A stretch of DNA of 64,000 bases from Lachnospiraceae bacterium (lineage in GTDB: Bacteria > Bacillota > Clostridia > Lachnospirales > Lachnospiraceae): positions 969 to 64,968 of the forward strand of contig CAAGSD010000064.1 in assembly GCA_900772845.1 (NCBI GenBank). The letters run 5' to 3'. The position numbers were made by a program, and so were the translations under genes. Shown one piece after another: positions 57,631 through 64,000 of the stretch (the stretch's first letter is position 1; each line of letters opens with the position of its first letter). A model generated the notes under the pieces. The model was not told the DNA's origin. It was given only the letters and a program-made list of their open reading frames with translations, and did no database searches.

Positions 57631-58428
57631 TTACGCTTTTACAATGCATTTCTTCGGGCATTTCTCCATGCAGGCCCCACAGCCCACACATTTTTCCGGA
57701 TCAATGACCGCATGAAAGTTCTCCACCTTCACCGCATCGTGCTGGCAGTTCTTCACGCAGATTCCACAGCCTACACAGCCGGTCTTGCAGGCTTTCATGG
57801 TAACAGGTCCCTTATCTGTGGAACTACATGCCACCTGTACGGTGTTGGAATAAGGCCGTAAACTGATCAGATGCTTAGGACAGACCTCTACACATTTTCC
57901 GCAGGCCTTACATTTTTCTTTATCGACCACAGCCACACCGTTCTCTACATGAATGGCATCGAAGGGGCAGACCTGTACGCAGGTCCCAAATCCCAGACAG
58001 CCACTGTTGCAGGACTTCGGACCGCCTCCTGGGACAAAACTCATCATACGGCAGTCTTTGATACCATAGTAATCATAATCTGTGGTGGTACGTTCACAGT
58101 CGCCCTGACAATGCACATAAGCTACCTTGCGTTCGGAGGCCTCTGCCTCTACCCCCATGATAGCCGCAATCTTTTTGCCGACTTCCTCTCCACCCACGGG
58201 ACAGGTGTTTACCGCAGCCTCTCCTTTGGCGATGGCAGCAGCCAGTCCGGAACATCCGGCATAGCCACAGCCACCGCAGTTATTTCCGGGAAGAGCGGCC
58301 AGTACCGCCTCTTCCTTTTCATCTACTTCTACTTTAAATTTAATACCGGCCACGCCAAGGAACAGTCCTACAAAGATGCCGACGATTCCGACACAAGCCG
58401 CAGCAATCAGAATTCCTATTATACTCAT
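57631..58428 (-). CDS. rnfB: Rnf electron-transport complex subunit B (polyferredoxin)
   Basis: N-terminal TM + CGGCG motif, multiple 4Fe-4S CxxCxxCxxxCP motifs. Confidence 0.9.
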   Translation of the reverse strand: MSIIGILIAAACVGIVGIFVGLFLGVAGIKFKVEVDEKEEAVLAALPGNNCGGCGYAGCSGLAAAIAKGEAAVNTCPVGGEEVGKKIAAIMGVEAEASERKVAYVHCQGDCERTTTDYDYYGIKDCRMMSFVPGGGPKSCNSGCLGFGTCVQVCPFDAIHVENGVAVVDKEKCKACGKCVEVCPKHLISLRPYSNTVQVACSSTDKGPVTMKACKTGCVGCGICVKNCQHDAVKVENFHAVIDPEKCVGCGACMEKCPKKCIVKA

Positions 58429-58444
58429 CTATGTTACTCCCTTC

Positions 58445-59029
58445 CTAGATCAGACCGGAGAATCCACAGAAAGCAATGGCCATCAGTCCTGCTGTCAGCA
58501 GCACCATGGGCATTCCCCTGAAGGATTCCGGTACTTCATTATATTCCATCTTCTCACGCAATCCGGCCAGGATCACGATAGCTATGGTAAAGCCAAGCGC
58601 CGTTGCAAAACCATTCACAATACCCGTCAGAATACCGTACTCCTTCTGTACGTTGGTAATGGCTACACCCAAAACCGCACAGTTGGTTGTGATCAGAGGA
58701 AGGTAAACACCCAGTGCCTGGTACAGAGAAGGCATTGCCTTTTTCAGGAACATTTCCACGAACTGTACCAGTGCCGCAATGACAAGGATGAATACGATGG
58801 TCTCCAGATACTCAATGTGTAACGGTTGCAGGATAAATTTGTAGATTACACCCGCTACTGCGCTGGCCAGCGTAATAACGAAAATAACCGCTGTTCCCAT
58901 ACCGCCTGCCGTTTTGATCTTACGGGATACGCCTAAGAACGGGCACAGTCCCATGAACTGGCTCAGGACAATATTGCTGACAATGGAGGAACCGATCAGT
59001 AACAGCAGCATATCTTTTACACTATCCAT
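58445..59029 (-). CDS. rnfA: Rnf complex subunit A
   Basis: 6-TM RnfA/NqrE-like protein. Confidence 0.9.
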   Translation of the reverse strand: MDSVKDMLLLLIGSSIVSNIVLSQFMGLCPFLGVSRKIKTAGGMGTAVIFVITLASAVAGVIYKFILQPLHIEYLETIVFILVIAALVQFVEMFLKKAMPSLYQALGVYLPLITTNCAVLGVAITNVQKEYGILTGIVNGFATALGFTIAIVILAGLREKMEYNEVPESFRGMPMVLLTAGLMAIAFCGFSGLI

Positions 59030-59827
59030 TTATTTTTCCTCCTTATCTAAGTCAATGGTCTCAAGCTCGTCAGCTGAAGCCTTTTGCTTTGCTGCCGCTT
59101 CCGCCACATTCTTTGCGGTGTCTTCCGGAGTATCAGTATTATCATAAAACCGTTCCGAACAGCCGCTTTCACCGCAGTGCAGGCAGTCATGCCCGCAGCC
59201 GGACTGGATCTTCTCGTAGTCCTTGCCTGCAAGCTTTCTCTTGTTCTTCACATAATTCTGAAGAGCAGTCAGTGCAGCCAGTACGAAGAACGCACCGGGA
59301 GCCAGACCGAAAATATTGATCGTCACATAGGAATCCGGCATGATCTGGAATCCGAAGATCGATCCGGCTGCCAGGATCTCACGTACCGCACCGATACAGG
59401 TCAGTGCCAGAGAAAAACCGAGTCCCATACCAAGTCCGTCAAACAGAGAAGGAATGGGCGGATTGGAATAAGCATAGCTCTCTGCTCTTCCCAGGATGAT
59501 ACAGTTTACAACGATCAGAGGAATATACACACCCAGCGCATCGTTCAGCGACGGCAGATACGCCTGCAAAAGCAGCTGTACCGCAGTTACGAAGGATGCA
59601 ATGATCACGATAAATGCAGGAATCCTCACCCGGCTGGGGATCACTTTTCTGAGCAGGGAAATGATCAGGTTGCTCATGGTAAGTACCACTGCTGTGGTCA
59701 GCCCCATGCCAAGTCCATTCATAGCCGATGTGGTAACCGCCAGTGTCGGACACATTCCCAGCATCAATACAAAAGTAGGATTCTCCTTGATGATACCATT
59801 ATAAAGTCTCTCACCTGCTTTATTCAT
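59030..59827 (-). CDS. rnfE: Rnf complex subunit E
   Basis: RnfE/NqrD-like membrane protein; start ATG 59827 (MNKAGERLYNGI...), C-terminal acidic extension. Confidence 0.85.
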   Translation of the reverse strand: MNKAGERLYNGIIKENPTFVLMLGMCPTLAVTTSAMNGLGMGLTTAVVLTMSNLIISLLRKVIPSRVRIPAFIVIIASFVTAVQLLLQAYLPSLNDALGVYIPLIVVNCIILGRAESYAYSNPPIPSLFDGLGMGLGFSLALTCIGAVREILAAGSIFGFQIMPDSYVTINIFGLAPGAFFVLAALTALQNYVKNKRKLAGKDYEKIQSGCGHDCLHCGESGCSERFYDNTDTPEDTAKNVAEAAAKQKASADELETIDLDKEEK

Positions 59828-60446
59828 TGCCCGCACCTCCCTGTACATAATCATTAAATGCCAGAAGGCTTCCGTTGACGGCATTGGTTACAGCTTTCGT
59901 TGTAATGGTAGCACCGCTGATAGCATCGATCTCACTGTCAGAAGTGGATCCTGTCTTCGTATAAGCAAAGCTCTTCACATTCTTGTTGTGAAACTGGGGC
60001 ACCAGCACATCTCCTGCCTTCATACCTAGTCCGGGAGTCTCGGAAATGCTTAAAATCGAAATATCATTGACCGTACCGTCCAGTCGGATTCCCACATACA
60101 GAACGATGTTGCCGCCATATCCTTCAGAGGAAGTGGTCTGGATCACATAGCCCAACTGTGTTCCGGAAGCATCCTGTGCTTCATAAACTGTACCGATGGT
60201 GATTCCGGTATCCGAAAGCTTCTGAGCGGTATCCGCAGATGGCGTATAGACATCCAGCTCCTCAAAATGTTCCGCATCCGCAAAAACTGCCTGACAGGCT
60301 TCCTGCACTGCCTTTTCCTCCTGCAGACGGATGGGTTCCTTGGTCAGTTCATAGACAAATCCCAACAGCAGACCTGCAATCAGGGTGATTGCAAACAGAA
60401 TGCCCGCTTCTTTTAACATTACCTGAATATCATTCTTATTTTTCAT
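59820..60446 (-). CDS. rnfG: Rnf complex subunit G (FMN-binding)
   Basis: FMN attachment motif SGATITT; start ATG 60446. Confidence 0.85.
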   Translation of the reverse strand: MKNKNDIQVMLKEAGILFAITLIAGLLLGFVYELTKEPIRLQEEKAVQEACQAVFADAEHFEELDVYTPSADTAQKLSDTGITIGTVYEAQDASGTQLGYVIQTTSSEGYGGNIVLYVGIRLDGTVNDISILSISETPGLGMKAGDVLVPQFHNKNVKSFAYTKTGSTSDSEIDAISGATITTKAVTNAVNGSLLAFNDYVQGGAGNE

Positions 60447-61377
60447 GTTTCGCACCTGCCTTTCTGCCAAAAGCTGCCGGCATGGTGAATTTTTCAATCA
60501 GAGGTACCAGAAGGTTACCTAAAATGATGGCATAGGACACCCCTTCTGCACCCGGTCCGAAGATACGGAAGATTCCGGTGAGAAGTCCCAGTACCACACC
60601 ATATACATACTGCCCCTTGATGGTAATAGGCCGGGTCACATAATCCGTTGCCATGAAAAAGGCGCCCAAGATCAGACCACCTCCGGCTAACTGTGCCGAC
60701 AGGTATGCGGGATCAAAACCGTGTCCTCCGAAAATGCCGGCAAACAGGATCACGGTCACAATATATGTACCGGGAATCCGAAGATCGATCACACCGATCA
60801 GGATCAGGAAACATGCGCCGATCAATAAAGCGATCATGGAAGTCTCTCCGATGGTTCCCGCTGTCCTACCTACGATCATGTCCATGACATTGACACTCTC
60901 CCCTGCCTTCAATGCCGCCAGCGGAGTAGCACCGGTATAGGCATCACAGGCAAAGTCCGTCATCTGGGACGGGAAAGAGATCAGCAAAAAACATCTGGCG
61001 GCCAGCGCCGGATTCATGAAGTTCTGACCCAGGCCACCGAACAGCATTTTTACCACCAGAATTGCAAATACACCGCCTAATGCTGCCATCCACAAAGGAA
61101 TGCTCACCGGCAGATTTAATGCAAGCAGCAGTCCTGTTACTACTGCTGACATATCTGAGATCGTGATTTTTTTCTTCCAGAGCAAGCCGAATAATAATTC
61201 TGTCAGTACCGTGCTTGCGATAGTCACAGCCATGACTGCCAGAGCTCTGGGGCCAAAATTATAGATTCCGAAACCGGCAGCCGGCAGCAGTGCGATCACC
61301 ACAGCTGTCATAATACTGCTGGTCGTTACTTTCGATCGGATATGAGGATTTGAAGATACTTTCAAAAGTCCGCTCAC
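60436..61377 (-). CDS. rnfD: Rnf complex subunit D
   Basis: RnfD/NqrB-like polytopic membrane protein. Confidence 0.9.
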   Translation of the reverse strand: MSGLLKVSSNPHIRSKVTTSSIMTAVVIALLPAAGFGIYNFGPRALAVMAVTIASTVLTELLFGLLWKKKITISDMSAVVTGLLLALNLPVSIPLWMAALGGVFAILVVKMLFGGLGQNFMNPALAARCFLLISFPSQMTDFACDAYTGATPLAALKAGESVNVMDMIVGRTAGTIGETSMIALLIGACFLILIGVIDLRIPGTYIVTVILFAGIFGGHGFDPAYLSAQLAGGGLILGAFFMATDYVTRPITIKGQYVYGVVLGLLTGIFRIFGPGAEGVSYAIILGNLLVPLIEKFTMPAAFGRKAGAKHEK

Positions 61378-61389
61378 TGTTCTTCCCTC

Positions 61390-62709
61390 CTACTTCTTTT
61401 TCTTCTTGGCAAGCTGGATCTTACGCATGGATTTGATCTCCTGCGTCAGAGGACGCTTTGCCGGACATACAAAACTACAACAACCGCATTCACAGCACTC
61501 CATGCCGTTATGTTCCACGAAAGCTTCTTCATCAAAATGCTCCGCATAAGTTGCTAAGAGGCTTGGAACAATACGACCGGGACAGGCTTCCACACAGCGG
61601 CCGCAGTTGATGCAGGGGCTGGGTTCCATAGCGGATACATCGTCCTGGGTCAGTGCCAGTAATGCGGTAGAAGTCTTCGTGGTGGGTACATCCAGCTGGA
61701 ACATGCCGAATCCCATCATGGGGCCACCGCAGATGATCTTCTCCGGCTCCTGCTTAAAGCCACCGGCTATATCCAGCAGTTCCTGATAACTCATACCGAT
61801 AGGTACACGGAAATTCCGGGGATTGGCTACAGCATCACCAGTAACGGTGATGATACGTTCCATCAGAGGACGGCCTTCCGTCACAGCTCTGTAAATAGCT
61901 ACCACCGTATCTACGTTATCCACGATACATCCCACATCCGCAGGAAGCATAGAGGAATTGATCTTTCGTCCTGTTGTGGCATAGATCAGCTGACGCTCCG
62001 CACCCTGAGGATACTTGGTCTTCAGTGCCTTCACCGTGATCTGGGGATCATTCTTGGTCATCTGTTTTAACAGAGAGATACAATCCGGCTTGTTATCCTC
62101 CACGGCCAGAATACCGTGGGCATTATCGAACAGCTTCAGCATGATCTTCAGTCCGCCGATGAGTTTATCCGGATCCTCCATCATCCTACGATAGTCGGAA
62201 GTCAGATAGGGCTCACATTCCGCACAGTTGGCTATTACATATTCAATTTTATCCGGATCCTTAGGGGATAATTTGACATGCGTAGGAAATCCTGCGCCGC
62301 CCATGCCAACAACTCCGGCCTCCTTCACGATATCAATGATTTCTTCTTTCTGCAGTTTGTCCACCGGTGCATAAGGATGAAATTCCTCGCTTTCATACAG
62401 GCCGTCATTATCAATGACAATACTCTGTATCAAATCTCCTGTCACCACACGTCTTGTCTCAATTGCTTTTACTGTACCGGACACAGATGCATAGATAGGT
62501 GCCGACACAAATCCGCCGCTTTCTGCTATCTTTTGTCCGGCAAGCACTCTGTCTCCTTTTGCCACAATAGGCTTTGCAGGAGCACCGATATGCTGGGACA
62601 GCGGATAAACCATTTCGCCCTTAGGCAGAACATCCTGGATCGGTTTGTCTTTGGACAGATCTTTTCCGTCATAGGGATGGATTCCGCCTACAAATGTCAA
62701 CTTTGCCAT
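61390..62709 (-). CDS. rnfC: Rnf complex subunit C (NADH-binding, 2x[4Fe-4S])
   Basis: RnfC barrel-sandwich N-terminus, GAGFPT-like NADH site (GGAGFPTHVK), CxxCxxCxxxCP motifs. Confidence 0.9.
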   Translation of the reverse strand: MAKLTFVGGIHPYDGKDLSKDKPIQDVLPKGEMVYPLSQHIGAPAKPIVAKGDRVLAGQKIAESGGFVSAPIYASVSGTVKAIETRRVVTGDLIQSIVIDNDGLYESEEFHPYAPVDKLQKEEIIDIVKEAGVVGMGGAGFPTHVKLSPKDPDKIEYVIANCAECEPYLTSDYRRMMEDPDKLIGGLKIMLKLFDNAHGILAVEDNKPDCISLLKQMTKNDPQITVKALKTKYPQGAERQLIYATTGRKINSSMLPADVGCIVDNVDTVVAIYRAVTEGRPLMERIITVTGDAVANPRNFRVPIGMSYQELLDIAGGFKQEPEKIICGGPMMGFGMFQLDVPTTKTSTALLALTQDDVSAMEPSPCINCGRCVEACPGRIVPSLLATYAEHFDEEAFVEHNGMECCECGCCSFVCPAKRPLTQEIKSMRKIQLAKKKKK

Positions 62710-62770
62710 TTCCTAACATCCTTTCTAAATAGTTACTTGTATTTCAAATTACATTACGATAATTGTACTA

Positions 62771-62800
62771 TTTTTATCAATTTTTATCAACTTTTATCAA
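62771..62800. repeat. three tandem 10-bp direct repeats TTTTTATCAA/TTTTTATCAA/CTTTTATCAA in rnf–yprB divergent promoter region
   Basis: seen in sequence 62-91 bp upstream of rnfC start; helical-turn periodicity suggests response-regulator or other regulator binding sites. Confidence 0.7.
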
Positions 62801-62901
62801 CAAAATGCTACTGCATTTTCTAAATATATGGTAAAATAAATTCACGCAGAGAATGAAGAAAGCGTTTATTAACTTGCCCACCCGGCAGAAAGAGGTCATA
62901 C

Positions 62902-64000
62902 ATGAAAAAATCAGAAGAGACTCTGGAGGATTTTGCGATCTCCTATCCCCTGGATAAGCTGGCGCCTCTGGAGCAAATTCTTTTTCTCGATATTGAGACC
63001 ACGGGCTTCACTTCCCGCACTTCTTATTTATATATGATTGGCTGTGCCTGCTATCAGGCAGGAAAATGGCATACGATTCAATGGATGGCAGAAAACTATT
63101 CTCAGGAAGGAGATATTCTCACTGCCTTCTTTGACTTTGCCAGAGATTATCGCTATCTGGTACATTTTAACGGTAATAATTTCGATCTGCCCTTTATCAC
63201 ACAAAAATGTGCCCAGTTAAAGCTTCCTTTTTCCTTTGATGGTTTCCAGGGAATCGATATTTACCGCCGGATCTCTCCTTACAAGTTCTTCTTAAAATTG
63301 CCGAACTGCAAGCAGAAAACGTTAGAGCAGTATCTGGGAATTGCCCGGACGGATGTCTTCTCCGGCGGAGAGTTGATCGGCCTGTATCACGATTATGTAA
63401 AAAATCCTTCTGAGTTTACCGAAAAAGCGCTGTTTCTGCACAATGCTGACGATCTGAAAGGAATGCTGGAGGTTCTTCCGATTCTGGCTTACTATGACCT
63501 GTTCAACGAAAACTGTGTCAAAGCAAGAAAAGTACAGGCCAACTATTACAAGGATATCAATGGTGCACAGCGCAAAGAATTATTGATCACCCTGCAGATT
63601 CCCACTCCTCTGCCCAAGCCGGTAACTGCTTCCGCAGCAAACTGTTATTTTCGTGGAGAGGGCGAAGCTGCCACACTGAAAGTTCCTATTTATGAAGAAG
63701 AGCTGAAGTATTTTTATTCCAACTATAAGGATTATTACTATCTTCCGACAGAAGATGTGGCATTGCATAAATCCGTAGCCGGTTTCGTAGACAAAGAACA
63801 CAGGCTCCAGGCTTCCGCTGCGAACTGTTACACCCGGAAATTCTCTTGTTATCTGCCCCAGTGGGAGATTCTGTTTACGCCGTTCTTCAAGAGAGACTAT
63901 AAGAGCAGGGAATTGTTCTTCGAGTTAACGGATGAAATGAAGAAAAACAGAGAAGGCTTTACCCGGTATGCGAACCATGTATTATCCATGATCGCATCTA
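62902..64000 (+). CDS. YprB-like RNase H-fold (predicted 3'-5' exonuclease) domain protein, 3'-truncated by window end
   Basis: my translation from ATG 62902 is open to window end (366 codons); FLDIETTGF Exo-I-like motif; not in supplied ORF track because no stop codon in window. Confidence 0.65.
   Translation, partial: MKKSEETLEDFAISYPLDKLAPLEQILFLDIETTGFTSRTSYLYMIGCACYQAGKWHTIQWMAENYSQEGDILTAFFDFARDYRYLVHFNGNNFDLPFITQKCAQLKLPFSFDGFQGIDIYRRISPYKFFLKLPNCKQKTLEQYLGIARTDVFSGGELIGLYHDYVKNPSEFTEKALFLHNADDLKGMLEVLPILAYYDLFNENCVKARKVQANYYKDINGAQRKELLITLQIPTPLPKPVTASAANCYFRGEGEAATLKVPIYEEELKYFYSNYKDYYYLPTEDVALHKSVAGFVDKEHRLQASAANCYTRKFSCYLPQWEILFTPFFKRDYKSRELFFELTDEMKKNREGFTRYANHVLSMIAS

Noticed and set aside
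62710-62901. Rex operator (TTGTGAA-N6-TTCACAA) upstream of rnf
   Set aside because: No convincing inverted repeat of that type; only the TTTTTATCAA direct repeats are present
1-64000. Mobile elements, prophage or CRISPR arrays
   Set aside because: No transposase, integrase-attachment repeats, phage structural genes or spaced repeats detected; the single tyrosine recombinase is stand-alone

Overview
This 64-kb window looks like core chromosome from a spore-forming, low-GC Firmicute (Clostridia, Lachnospiraceae-like; cotJABC and Rnf are present). About 95% is coding and most genes lie on the minus strand in long conserved operons. There is no CRISPR array, no rRNA or tRNA, and no obvious transposon or prophage. 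A sporulation-flavoured cluster near 52-58 kb contains the most unusual gene. Gene order, with coordinates rounded to 0.1 kb: (1) AI-2E transporter, ttcA, a tyrosine recombinase. (2) A divergent SOS module (YneA-like LysM division inhibitor and lexA, with Cheo boxes between them). (3) The livJHMGF branched-chain amino-acid ABC transporter. (4) A DUF378 gene, then rplU-prp-rpmA-obg-yhbY-nadD-yqeK-rsfS. (5) sdaAA/sdaAB, rluD, lspA, aroB, sepF, yggS. (6) An HlyD-like membrane protein paired with a small P-loop protein. (7) dacB-like, then mgsA-rodA-minEDC-mrdA(PBP2)-mreDCB-radC-DUF4321. (8) Aluminium-resistance-family PLP enzyme, miaA, LURP-one-like, mutL, mutS, SulP, miaB, pepT, AGCS symporter. 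(9) A two-component system with a co-transcribed acidic membrane protein. (10) cotJABC (+), thrC, a SleB-like hydrolase, a protein with two AP2-like DNA-binding domains (+), a GH25 lysozyme. (11) rnfCDGEAB, and a YprB-like RNase-H-fold gene (+) running off the 3' end. The items most worth follow-up are the tandem-AP2 protein inside the cotJ/SleB/GH25 cluster, the TCS-linked acidic membrane protein, the triple direct repeat upstream of rnf, the SOS box arrangement over the yneA-like start, and the unusually long PBP2. All calls rest on motif recognition by eye and operon context; no database searches were run.
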